Positions 35,257 through 43,877 of a stretch of DNA of 64,000 nt are shown piece after piece (the first letter of the stretch is position 1; the number at the start of each line of letters is the position of its first letter). The DNA comes from an uncultured Acidimicrobiales bacterium. Lineage in GTDB: Bacteria > Actinomycetota > Acidimicrobiia > Acidimicrobiales > SHLQ01. The notes under the pieces were generated by a model. The model made no database searches. It was not told the DNA's origin and worked only from the letters and a program-made list of their open reading frames with translations. Location: positions 11,125 through 75,124 of the forward strand of contig CALJDK010000109.1 in the NCBI GenBank assembly GCA_938023735.1, written 5' to 3'. The translations under genes and the position numbers were made by a program.

Positions 35257-35289
35257 CCCTAATTCCGACAAAGATGATCGGATTTAGGG
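35257..35289 (+). promoter_or_regulatory. Leader hairpin overlapping the Shine-Dalgarno sequence of the sulfite reductase gene
   Basis: CCCTAATTCCGA (35257-35268) pairs with TCGGATTTAGGG (35278-35289) at 11 of 12 positions. The right arm contains the GGGAG Shine-Dalgarno sequence, 12 nt before the ATG. Confidence 0.3.
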
Positions 35290-35302
35290 AGATTCAGCGA
35301 CT

Positions 35303-37144
35303 ATGACCATCATCGAGAACACCCCAAACCTGGAAATCACGGTTACTCCGGGCGCCCCTAGCAGTCCGGGATCAGCTTCGCCCGTGGTCACCGACCCGGC
35401 TATCAAAGCCGATATCGCCAAGTTCCGCACCATGCTCGACCAGTACCTGGCCGGCGATCTCGACGAAGACGTCTTCCGAGTGTTCCGACTCACCAACGGC
35501 ATCTACGGACAACGCCAGGGCGGCCAGAACCAGATGGTGCGGGTGCGCATGCCGTTTGGTGCCATCACCGCCGACCAACTCGACATGCTGGCCTTTGTCT
35601 CCGAGAAGTACTCGCGCAACTGGGGACACATCACCACCCGCCAGAACATCCAGATGCACTACATCCAACTTCCGCAGATTCCCGAGGTACTCGAACACCT
35701 CGGCTCGGTTGGCCTCACCAGTCGTGAAGCCTGCGGCGACACCATCCGCAACGTGCAGGGCTGCCACCTTGCCGGCGCCTGCCCCTTCGAAATCCTCGAC
35801 ATCAGCGCCTGGGCCGAGGCTGCCAACGAGCACTTCCTCCGCAACCCACTCGGGCAACGCCTGCCCCGAAAGTTCAAGATCAACTTCTCTGGCTGCGAAA
35901 CCGACTGTGGTCAGGCGTTGTTTAACGACGCCGGCGTTGTGGCCAGCGCCCGCACCCGAGACGACGGCACCATCGAAGCTGGCTTCCGGGTGTACGTGGC
36001 CGGCGGCCTGGGCGCCAACCCTCACGCCGCACTGCTCCTCGAGGACTTCACCACCAAAGACGACCTCCTGCCCACCCTCGAATCGATCCTTCGGGTATTC
36101 GAACAAACCGGGGGTCGCGACAACAAGCTTCGCGCCCGCATGAAGTGGGTTGTCGACGAGCTCGGATGGGAAGAAACTCAACGCCGAGTGCTCAAGACCC
36201 GCAAGCTGTTGCCCGCCTCGGCCACCTGGCCTGGCGGCATTCCCGACATCGTGGCCGAAAAGGGCGATGCCCCAGCCGGCCTCGCAACCGGCGTCGAGCC
36301 CACGCTCGTTGGCCAGGGTGTTGCGGTGAAGCTCCGTGCCCGTTCCGATTACGACCGTTGGGAATCAGCCAACGTGGTTCGCGGCGTCACGAAGGGAACC
36401 GTTTCGGCCTACGCCTGGTGCGAGTTGGGCGATATCACCGCCGACCAATTCCGTGGCATTGCCCAAGTCATCCGCGACTTCGATGTCGATGTTCGGGTCT
36501 CGAATCGTCAGAACTTCATCATCCGTGATCTCGACGAAAGCCAACTTCCCCAACTGTTCGATCGACTCGGCGAACTCGGCATGGCTCAACCAGGTGCCGA
36601 GCTCATTCGCGACGTCGTGTCGTGCCCAGGCGCCGATACCTGCGGCCTAGCTGTCACCCAATCACGCGGCCTCGCCAAGTCGATTGGTGAAGCCCTCGAG
36701 GCCGAAGGTCTTGCCGAAATCGGCGGCGTTCGGGTCAACATCTCTGGCTGCATGAACAGCTGCGGGCAACATCACATCGCCGACATCGGCTTCTTCGGCG
36801 CAGAGCGCCGAGCTCATGGCCAATCGGCACCGGGCTATCAGATGCTGCTTGGCGGCTACGTCGGTCAAGAGAAGATCCACTTCGGCGACAAAGCACTTCG
36901 CCTTCCCGCCAAGACCGCGGCCGAGGCTACGGTTCGGGTCATGCGACGCTTTGTTGAAGAACGCGAAGCCGGCGAAGCCTTCCGCTCCTGGATGGACCGG
37001 GCTGGTGGCGCTCGCGAGATCGCCAAGGGACTCAAAGACCTCGACGAGTTCCCCACACCACAAGACAACCCCGACTTCTATATCGACTTCGACGAGACCG
37101 GCCCGTTCAGCGCCGAGGTCGGCGTGTCGGAGTGCGCTACATGA
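35303..37144 (+). CDS. sirA: Ferredoxin-dependent sulfite (nitrite/sulfite) reductase hemoprotein, SirA/NirA-like
   Basis: Two NIR_SIR ferredoxin-like/4Fe-4S-siroheme modules. C-terminal cluster motif VSCPGADTCGLA...ISGCMNSCGQHHI. 613 aa. Confidence 0.8.
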   Translation: MTIIENTPNLEITVTPGAPSSPGSASPVVTDPAIKADIAKFRTMLDQYLAGDLDEDVFRVFRLTNGIYGQRQGGQNQMVRVRMPFGAITADQLDMLAFVSEKYSRNWGHITTRQNIQMHYIQLPQIPEVLEHLGSVGLTSREACGDTIRNVQGCHLAGACPFEILDISAWAEAANEHFLRNPLGQRLPRKFKINFSGCETDCGQALFNDAGVVASARTRDDGTIEAGFRVYVAGGLGANPHAALLLEDFTTKDDLLPTLESILRVFEQTGGRDNKLRARMKWVVDELGWEETQRRVLKTRKLLPASATWPGGIPDIVAEKGDAPAGLATGVEPTLVGQGVAVKLRARSDYDRWESANVVRGVTKGTVSAYAWCELGDITADQFRGIAQVIRDFDVDVRVSNRQNFIIRDLDESQLPQLFDRLGELGMAQPGAELIRDVVSCPGADTCGLAVTQSRGLAKSIGEALEAEGLAEIGGVRVNISGCMNSCGQHHIADIGFFGAERRAHGQSAPGYQMLLGGYVGQEKIHFGDKALRLPAKTAAEATVRVMRRFVEEREAGEAFRSWMDRAGGAREIAKGLKDLDEFPTPQDNPDFYIDFDETGPFSAEVGVSECAT

Positions 37145-37716
37145 CCAACCGTTTGGCGGCGGCCTTCGAGGCGATTGACGCCGCCAACCTTGAGGACCCC
37201 AACGAGCATCCCGACGGCCCTCTCGCCCACGTGCAGGGGGTCAAAGCCACGCACTGGACCACGGTTCTGGCCCCCGACGCCAGCGACGCCCTTCGCATCG
37301 CAACCCGGGCGCACCATCTCAAGCGGTGGGAGCTGCTGCGGGCCGACTACCCCGAGGGCCGATCGGGCTATCTCAAGTGGCGGCTCGACAACAAGAAACA
37401 CCAAGCCGACGCGGCGGCAACCATCGTTCGCGACGTTGGCTACGACGACGATGTCGCCGACCGAACCACGACACTGCTGCTTCGTCGCGATCTTGGCACC
37501 GACCCGGACACCCAGGTGCTCGAAGATGCCGCCTGCCTGGTGTTTCTCGAAACCCAGTACGAACCGCTTCTCGACCGACTCGATCGTGAGAAGGCGGTAA
37601 ACGCAGTGGCGAAGACGCTGAAGAAGATGAGCGCCAAGGCGATTGATCTGGCTGGTTCCATCGAGATGTCCGACGATGCGGTGAGCGTTCTCAAAGCGGC
37701 AGCAGCCACGCTTTAG
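37141..37716 (+). CDS. DUF4202 family protein
   Basis: RAHHLKRWELLRADYPEGRSGYLKWR and LEDAACLVFLETQ blocks. The ATG at 37141 overlaps the sirA stop (ATGA); a GTG at 37132 is an alternative start. Confidence 0.6.
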   Translation: MTNRLAAAFEAIDAANLEDPNEHPDGPLAHVQGVKATHWTTVLAPDASDALRIATRAHHLKRWELLRADYPEGRSGYLKWRLDNKKHQADAAATIVRDVGYDDDVADRTTTLLLRRDLGTDPDTQVLEDAACLVFLETQYEPLLDRLDREKAVNAVAKTLKKMSAKAIDLAGSIEMSDDAVSVLKAAAATL

Positions 37717-38919
37717 TTATGCGTCGAGTGCCTGATCGAGGTCGGCGTAGAGATCCTCGATCGACTCAAGTCCAATCGAAAGCCGCACCATTCCTGGACC
37801 GATGCCCACAGCGTCGCGCGCCTCTGGTGAGAGCCGACGGTGCGTGGTGGTGGCGGGGTGGGTGACAAGACTCTTTGAATCGCCAACGTTGTTGGAGATA
37901 TCGAACAACCGAAGGGCGTCGAGAAACGTGAACGCAGCATCCTTCGAACCGACGTCGACGGTGAGAATCGTGCCACCGGCCGACATCTGCTTGAGCGCCA
38001 ACTCGCATTGAGGGTGCGACTCGAGTGTTGGGTAGCGCACTGCGTGTATCCGAGGGTCGGTGTCGAGGCGGGTCGCCAGCCCGGCCGCAGCGTTGCTCGA
38101 TGCCTCAACCCGAAGACGGATGGTTTCGAGTCCCTTGGCCAAAACCCACGCATTGAACGGGCTCAAGCTTGGACCGGTGTGGCGAAGGAACGGAACAAGC
38201 GTGTCGTCGATGTATTCGTGGGTGCTTAGCACCGCTCCGCCGAGCGTGCGGCCCTGTCCGTCGATGTGTTTGGTGGCCGAATACACCACCACATCGGCGC
38301 CAAACTCAAGCGGCTTCTGAAGCACCGGACTCGCGAATACGTTGTCGACGATCACGATGGCGCCCGCGCTGTGGGCCATCTCGCACACGGCGGCGAGGTC
38401 GATTACTTCCAGACCCGGGTTCGATGGCGATTCAAGAAACACCGCTTTGGCGCCGCCATCCAGCGCTGCTTCCCACGCGTCGAGCGATGTGCCATCGACG
38501 AGTTCGGTTTCCACGCCCATGCGCGGAAGAACCTCGGCGAGGATCACATGGCAGCTGCCAAACAGAGCCCGTGATCCAACGACCCGGTCGCCGGCGCTCA
38601 CCAGCGAGACCAGTGACGCAAAGACTGCCGACATGCCGCTGGCAGTGGCCCGACACGCCTCGGCGCCCTCCAACAATCGAAGCCGTTCTTCAAAGGTCGT
38701 AACCGTTGGGTTTCCGTAGCGCGAATAAATGTAGCGATCGCGTTCGCCGGCAAACGCCGCTTCGGCTTCGGCCGCCGACGAATACACGTAGCCCGAGGTT
38801 GCGTAGATCGCTTCGGCTGTTTCGTCGAACTGCGATCGGTCGAGGCCGCCTCGAACCAGGTTGGTCGCCTCGCCCAGCGGCGGGTTCAACTCTGGGTCCA
38901 CGGGAGGTGGTCCTTCCAA
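37717..38919 (-). CDS. metZ: O-succinylhomoserine sulfhydrylase-like PLP enzyme (Cys/Met metabolism family)
   Basis: SATKHIDGQGRTLGG PLP-lysine block and the C-terminal VRLSIGLESIEDLYADL. The start is uncertain: TTG at 38919 or GTG at 38901, both overlapping the rhodanese stop. Confidence 0.7.
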   Translation of the reverse strand: MEGPPPVDPELNPPLGEATNLVRGGLDRSQFDETAEAIYATSGYVYSSAAEAEAAFAGERDRYIYSRYGNPTVTTFEERLRLLEGAEACRATASGMSAVFASLVSLVSAGDRVVGSRALFGSCHVILAEVLPRMGVETELVDGTSLDAWEAALDGGAKAVFLESPSNPGLEVIDLAAVCEMAHSAGAIVIVDNVFASPVLQKPLEFGADVVVYSATKHIDGQGRTLGGAVLSTHEYIDDTLVPFLRHTGPSLSPFNAWVLAKGLETIRLRVEASSNAAAGLATRLDTDPRIHAVRYPTLESHPQCELALKQMSAGGTILTVDVGSKDAAFTFLDALRLFDISNNVGDSKSLVTHPATTTHRRLSPEARDAVGIGPGMVRLSIGLESIEDLYADLDQALDA

Positions 38920-39287
38920 CCGTCGTGGCGATGGCGTTCGGGGTCAAGGTCGCCTTCGAAACCGGCTGACACGTTGAAGAGGTTGGTAAATCCAGCGCCT
39001 TCGAAAGCGGTTGCCGCCGCCTGCGACCTTGCGCCAGAACGACAAACGAAGAGAACGGGTTGGTCGGAGGCAAGCCCTTCGGTGGCGTTGGTGAGGAAGT
39101 CGGGGTTGGGGCTGCCACCCGGGAACTGCGTCCACTCGACGTGGCGAACCTCTTTGCCAATCGACTCAAGGTTTGGAACACCAACGAAGCTCCACTCGGC
39201 CACGGTCCGAACATCGATGAGCACGGCGTCGGGGTTTTCAACCAGAAGTCCCCACGCGTCGCTGAGAGAAAGTTGTGAAATTGCCAT
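38886..39287 (-). CDS. Single-domain rhodanese-like sulfurtransferase
   Basis: LIDVRTVAEW and the active-site loop FVCRSGARS. 133 aa. Confidence 0.8.
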   Translation of the reverse strand: MAISQLSLSDAWGLLVENPDAVLIDVRTVAEWSFVGVPNLESIGKEVRHVEWTQFPGGSPNPDFLTNATEGLASDQPVLFVCRSGARSQAAATAFEGAGFTNLFNVSAGFEGDLDPERHRHDGWKDHLPWTQS

Positions 39288-39456
39288 TTCGAAGCACCTA
39301 AGCCCTTTATGCCGTAGTGATAACCATCACCCTAAAGATGACTAAACCGGTCAGCTTTAGCGTATCGCTCGTGCGCACAGCACTCGCATCGGGAACGTCG
39401 CACAAGCTCTATTGTCTGGGCAGACCTCGAACAGGACCGCAACAAAGAGGACCACC

Positions 39457-39630
39457 ATGAGCATTCCGGATACTCGCTACGCAATTCTGACCGGCCCCGA
39501 CACGCACGATTTCTGCAAGCGGGTTTCCGACGCCCTCGACGCCGGCTACGAACTCTACGGCTCTCCCGCAATCACCTTCGACTCCGACGGCACCACCCCA
39601 ATAGTCGCCCAAGCCATAATCCGCCCCTAA
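39457..39630 (+). CDS. DUF1737 family small protein
   Basis: The RYAILTGPDTHDFCKRVSDALDAGYELYGSPAITFD pattern is typical of DUF1737. The ATG at 39457 is preferred. Confidence 0.5.
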   Translation: MSIPDTRYAILTGPDTHDFCKRVSDALDAGYELYGSPAITFDSDGTTPIVAQAIIRP

Positions 39631-39633
39631 CCA

Positions 39634-39805
39634 TTCCGCCCAAATGAACAAACATACCTGGCACCAAACCCCCCAAAAGGTGCCAGGTACCAAACAGCGG
39701 TCCAGGTGCCAGGTACCTTTCGGCCCCCAGGTGCCAGGAACCTTTTGCCGATGAGGTTCCAGGCACCGCGCTGTTCCGCCCAAATGAACAAACATACCTG
39801 GCACC
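39634..39805. repeat. Structured intergenic repeat array: two exact 32-bp direct repeats bracketing four further copies of a 13-bp motif
   Basis: TTCCGCCCAAATGAACAAACATACCTGGCACC occurs at 39634-39665 and again at 39774-39805. GGTGCCAGGTACC is at 39679 and 39705, GGTGCCAGGAACC at 39730, and GGTTCCAGGCACC at 39755. Motif spacing is 25-26 bp. Confidence 0.85.
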
Positions 39806-39872
39806 GGATTGTTGATTGGTTGGAGGTGTAGCTGACGGGGCTCGGAATCGAGGGTGGCGGTAGGTTGGGGCG

Positions 39873-40979
39873 ATGTCTGAAACCGATCCTGCTACTTGGT
39901 TGATTTCGGCGGGGCGCAAGCGCGAACCCGGCGAACCGCTCAACGTTGCGCCCGAGTTCGCGTCGAACTTCTACCTCCCAAGCCACCGCCTCTACAGCCG
40001 GGTTGAGGGCACCACCACCTCCAATGCGCTCGAAGACCTTCTCGGTGGACTCGAGGGAGGCCGAGCCTTGTCGTTTGCGTCAGGAATGGCTGCGGTAAGC
40101 GTTGTTCTCCACCGCCTGCCCGCCGGTTCTCATGTGGCCGTTCCCGATGATCCATACCACGGCGTAGCCGGACTCATCGACGAAGGTGAAGCGCAGGGCC
40201 GGTGGACGGTGAGCCGGCTCGACCAGTCTGATACCAGCGTGTGGCTCGAGGCTCTCCAAACCTGCGACCTGGTGTGGCTCGAATCACCCGCAAACCCACT
40301 GATTACCGTCGCTGACCTACCCACGATCTGCGGCGCGCCTCGCAAAGAGGGTTGCCTGGTAGCGGTCGACAGCACATTCGCGACGCCGCTCAACCAGAAG
40401 CCGCTCGACTACGGCGCCGATGTCGTCATGCACTCGGCCACCAAGTTCATCGGCGGACACTCCGACCTTCTGGCCGGCGTCGTCATTACCCGCGACGATG
40501 ATTTGTACGACGAGTTCTACCACCGGCGCCTGCTTTACGGAGCTTCGATTGGCGGCATGGAGGCCTTTCTCACGCTCCGCGGTGCGCGCACGCTGAGTCT
40601 CCGTGTCGAGCGAGCTCAGGAAAACGCGATGATCCTAGCCGAACGCCTCGAACAACACGCCGAAGTCAGCACCGTTCGCTACCCCGGGCTTCCAAGCCAC
40701 CAAACCCATGAGGTCGCGAAGAGTTTTATGACCGGTTTCGGCGCAATGATGTCGTTCGACACCACCGGCGACGGTGCTCGAGCCTCGGCGGCCTGCGAAG
40801 CAGCGAACCTCGTTCACCATGCCACCAGCCTCGGCGGCATCGAATCAACAATGGAACGCCGCGCAGTCATCGAGGGCCAAGAAGGGATGCCGCCAACACT
40901 TATTCGATTCAGTGTCGGCTGCGAAAACGTCGAAGACATTTGGGCTGACCTCGATCAAGCCCTCACTTCCACCAAATAG
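39873..40979 (+). CDS. metB: Cystathionine gamma-synthase/lyase family PLP enzyme
   Basis: HSATKFIGGHSDLLAGVV PLP-lysine block and the C-terminal IRFSVGCENVEDIWADL. 368 aa. Confidence 0.7.
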   Translation: MSETDPATWLISAGRKREPGEPLNVAPEFASNFYLPSHRLYSRVEGTTTSNALEDLLGGLEGGRALSFASGMAAVSVVLHRLPAGSHVAVPDDPYHGVAGLIDEGEAQGRWTVSRLDQSDTSVWLEALQTCDLVWLESPANPLITVADLPTICGAPRKEGCLVAVDSTFATPLNQKPLDYGADVVMHSATKFIGGHSDLLAGVVITRDDDLYDEFYHRRLLYGASIGGMEAFLTLRGARTLSLRVERAQENAMILAERLEQHAEVSTVRYPGLPSHQTHEVAKSFMTGFGAMMSFDTTGDGARASAACEAANLVHHATSLGGIESTMERRAVIEGQEGMPPTLIRFSVGCENVEDIWADLDQALTSTK

Positions 40980-41028
40980 ACACCCCCGTCCAGGCGCAGT
41001 CACCCCCTCCCGCCGTCGAACGAATTAC

Positions 41029-41508
41029 ATGCCGACCGACGCGACGGCTACATTTGCGCCCATGCCAATTCAAGGTGAGTACGAACCAAGCACATGGGAC
41101 TGGGTCCGCGAGCAGGTGGAACAGTACGAGGCCAGTGGCGGCACCGAAGCCAACACGCTGATGGACACGGGAATCCCGATCATCGTTATGACCACCGTTG
41201 GGGCCAAGAGCGGCAAAGTGCGCAAGGTCCCCCTGATGCGGGTGGAGCATGAGGGCGAGTACGCCCTTATCGCATCGAAGGGTGGTGCTCCCGAGCACCC
41301 CGCCTGGTACTACAACCTTCTGGCCAACCCGAACATCATGATGCAGGACGGCCCTGAACCCTACGACACCGAAGTTCGCATGGTTACCGGCGAAGAGCGG
41401 GCAACGTGGTACCAGCGCGGCATCGACGTGTACCCACCGTATGAGGAGTACGCCGTGAAAGCGGGCGATCGCGAGATTCCCGTTTTTGTAAGCGCGGCCA
41501 AGGCGTAG
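41029..41508 (+). CDS. Deazaflavin (F420)-dependent nitroreductase family protein (DUF385/Ddn-like)
   Basis: GAKSGKVRKVPLMRVEHEGEYALIASKGGAPEHPAWYYNLLANP signature. The ATG at 41029 is chosen over the ORF-track start inside metB. Confidence 0.8.
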   Translation: MPTDATATFAPMPIQGEYEPSTWDWVREQVEQYEASGGTEANTLMDTGIPIIVMTTVGAKSGKVRKVPLMRVEHEGEYALIASKGGAPEHPAWYYNLLANPNIMMQDGPEPYDTEVRMVTGEERATWYQRGIDVYPPYEEYAVKAGDREIPVFVSAAKA

Positions 41509-41551
41509 AACTGCTTTTCACCCCGCTGCCGTTGTTCTGTAGCGTGCGGAC

Positions 41552-42343
41552 ATGGGGACAAATCTGCTTACCGACCGCGTTGCAATCGTCACCGGTGTCG
41601 GGCCGGGGTTAGGTCGCGACATTTCGTTGGCGCTTGCCGACGCAGGGGCCAAGGTTGTTCTGGCGGCCCGTAATGCCGAACGCCTCGACGAGGTGAAGGC
41701 CGAGATCGAAGCACTTGGAGGTACTGCCTTAGCGGTACCGACCGACATCACCGACGTCGACCAATGCAAGGCCCTTGTCGAGGCAACTCGTGACGAGTTC
41801 GGGGCACTCCATACGTTGGTGAACTCGGCGTTCAAGCAGCCACCGTTTCTTACCATCGAGGATTCAGCCGAGAAGGACTTTCGCGACGCCTTCGAGGTGA
41901 ACTTCTTCGGCCACGCATGGCTTACCAAGGCGGCAACGCCGTTACTCCGCGAGTCGGCTCCCGGGTCGATCGTGTTCATCAACACCATGTCGACCCGCAG
42001 GATCCGAGAGAATTTCGGCATCTACACCGCGTCGAAGATGGCGTTGTTGGGAATGGCCAAGGCCCTGGCGGTGGAGTTGGGCAACGACAAGATTCGAGTG
42101 AACTCGGTGCACCCGGGATATATCTGGGGACCGTCGGTGAAGTGGTTCTTCAACCACAAAGCCAAGACCGAAGACCGCACGTTCGACGAGGTCTACGAAG
42201 AGGTCGCAAGCGATACCGCTCTTCATCATCTGCCGGGGTCCGACGAGATTGCGCAGTCGGTGGTTTTCCTGGCATCGGAGAAAATGTCGAGTTCCATCAC
42301 CGGCGAGTCCATCGACGTCAACGCTGGGCAGTGGATCCGATGA
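41552..42343 (+). CDS. SDR-family oxidoreductase
   Basis: VAIVTGVGPGLGR (TGxxxGxG-type) and YTASKMAL (YxxxK). Confidence 0.8.
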   Translation: MGTNLLTDRVAIVTGVGPGLGRDISLALADAGAKVVLAARNAERLDEVKAEIEALGGTALAVPTDITDVDQCKALVEATRDEFGALHTLVNSAFKQPPFLTIEDSAEKDFRDAFEVNFFGHAWLTKAATPLLRESAPGSIVFINTMSTRRIRENFGIYTASKMALLGMAKALAVELGNDKIRVNSVHPGYIWGPSVKWFFNHKAKTEDRTFDEVYEEVASDTALHHLPGSDEIAQSVVFLASEKMSSSITGESIDVNAGQWIR

Positions 42344-43095
42344 GCGCACCGCTTGCTGACAAAGTTGCGCTGGTGACGGGCGCTGGAAGCGGAATCGGCC
42401 GGGGTGGCGCACTGTCATTCGCCGACTTGGGCGCCACCGTGGTGGTTGCCGACATCAACCTTGCTGGCGCACAAGAAACCGTTGGCCTCATCGAGTCGGC
42501 CGGCGGAACCGCAGCCGCCGTTGCATGCGATGTCACTGACGAGGCCCAGGTTGAAGCGATGATCGCCGCCACCGTCGAGCGGTTCGGCCAGCTCGATGCG
42601 GCGTTTAACAACGCAGGAAACGCAATGGGGCAGTACGCCATTCACGAAATGCCGCTCGACTACTGGCGCCAGTCGGTCGAGGTGAACCTCACGGGAACCT
42701 TCCTGTGTCTGAAACACGAGATCATTCACATGACCGCCAACGGCGGCGGGTCGATCGTGAACACGTCGTCGGGGGCCGCCAAAGTTCCGGCGCCGGGACG
42801 TGCTCCCTATAGCGCCGCAAAGCGCGGCGTGGTTGGCCTCACCGCGCATTGCGCAAAGGACTACGGCGCCGCTGGACTTCGGGTGAACGCAGTGCTCCCG
42901 GGCCTCATCGATACTCCTGGGGTGCGAGCGAACTATGAAGACGGCCAGCTTGAGCAGATCGCGAAGTTCGTGCCCGGTGGTCGACTTGGGCAACCGGCCG
43001 ACATTGGCGATGTTGCGGCGTGGCTGTGCACCGACGCGGCCCGGTTCATCAACGGGCAAGCGCTGGTGGTTGATGGCGGCGGCATTCTCGCCTAG
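42340..43095 (+). CDS. SDR-family oxidoreductase
   Basis: VALVTGAGSGIGRG, NNAG and YSAAKRGV. ATGA overlap with the preceding SDR gene. Confidence 0.85.
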   Translation: MSAPLADKVALVTGAGSGIGRGGALSFADLGATVVVADINLAGAQETVGLIESAGGTAAAVACDVTDEAQVEAMIAATVERFGQLDAAFNNAGNAMGQYAIHEMPLDYWRQSVEVNLTGTFLCLKHEIIHMTANGGGSIVNTSSGAAKVPAPGRAPYSAAKRGVVGLTAHCAKDYGAAGLRVNAVLPGLIDTPGVRANYEDGQLEQIAKFVPGGRLGQPADIGDVAAWLCTDAARFINGQALVVDGGGILA

Positions 43096-43877
43096 TACCC
43101 GCTGGCCGGTGCGCTCTCGGCGGCTGCCCGCCCGAATCGCTTGGCCGCCGCGGCGAAGCCCTGTTTGAGCAGTGGAGCGTCGGCCACGGCGGTGATCATG
43201 CGGAAGCCCTGTTCGAGTCGGCGATCCACCAAGTCGGCGGTTGTGTGGCAGCCGGGCACAACCCCGGCGTTCTGGCACGCCGAAACAATACGCTCGAGCG
43301 CCTCATCAAAGGCCGCCTCACCGTCGTTGTTTCGCGGCGGGAGCCCAAGGGTGAGCGAAAGATCAGCGGGGCCGACATAGACCGCATCAACCCCGGGCGT
43401 ACCCAAGATGCCGTCGAGGTCGTTAAGCGCGGTGGTGGTTTCGACCATCGGAATGCAGGCAACAGCCTCGTTGGCACCCGCCGGGGTGTACCCGGCATTT
43501 CGAACCAGCGGACGGATGGGTCCGTAGCTGCGAGAACCTTGGGGAGCATAGCGACATGCGGCGACGGCCTGGTGGGCCTGTTCGGCCGAGTTCACCATCG
43601 GGATGATTACCCCTGCTGCTCCGGCGTCGAGCACTATGCCGATCGAATCAGCAGCGTTGATTTGTACCCGAACCAGCGGAGTGGCCGAGCCAAGTTCGAT
43701 CGCCTGCATCATTTCTGGCAGAACAGAACGATCGATGAGTCCGTGTTGTTGGTCGACACAGACGTAATCGAAGCCCGATCGGCTGGCTATCTCTGCCGAC
43801 AGCCCAATCGGTAGTGAGATCCATGACCCGATGGTTGCGCCGCCTGAAGCCCAGGTCTCTTTCATCACGTTCTGCAT
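43092..43877 (-). CDS. HpcH/HpaI-family aldolase
   Basis: FDYVCVDQQHGLID, VRVQINA and IIPMVNSAEQA blocks. Its stop overlaps the convergent SDR stop (CTAG). Confidence 0.75.
   Translation of the reverse strand: MQNVMKETWASGGATIGSWISLPIGLSAEIASRSGFDYVCVDQQHGLIDRSVLPEMMQAIELGSATPLVRVQINAADSIGIVLDAGAAGVIIPMVNSAEQAHQAVAACRYAPQGSRSYGPIRPLVRNAGYTPAGANEAVACIPMVETTTALNDLDGILGTPGVDAVYVGPADLSLTLGLPPRNNDGEAAFDEALERIVSACQNAGVVPGCHTTADLVDRRLEQGFRMITAVADAPLLKQGFAAAAKRFGRAAAESAPASGY

Noticed and set aside
37714-37719. Back-to-back or overlapping convergent stop codons (37714-37719, and CTAG at 43092-43095) as a special regulatory feature
   Set aside because: Tight convergent packing without terminator hairpins is common in compact high-GC genomes. 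Nothing in the sequence suggests more than that.
39634-39805. Regularly spaced short repeats that superficially resemble a CRISPR array
   Set aside because: The repeat unit is only 13 bp with 12-13-bp spacers, and copies alternate in orientation to form hairpins. The outer 32-bp units are identical including their 'spacer-like' parts, and no cas genes are nearby. Reported as a structured repeat instead.
39288-39872. SAM (S-box/SAM-IV) riboswitch upstream of the rhodanese-metZ and metB-like genes
   Set aside because: I looked for the conserved riboswitch core strings and helices. Only generic hairpins (for example 39332-39360) and the repeat array were found. The GGTGCC strings are part of the reiterated motif, not of a single riboswitch fold. 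A covariance-model scan (Rfam) would be needed to exclude this fully.
39409-39986. Three overlapping minus-strand ORFs (131, 123 and 119 aa) rich in GTW/PGT repeats
   Set aside because: Their repetitive peptides are simply translations of the 13-bp DNA motif array. They overlap each other and the start of the metB-like gene, and have no plausible start context.
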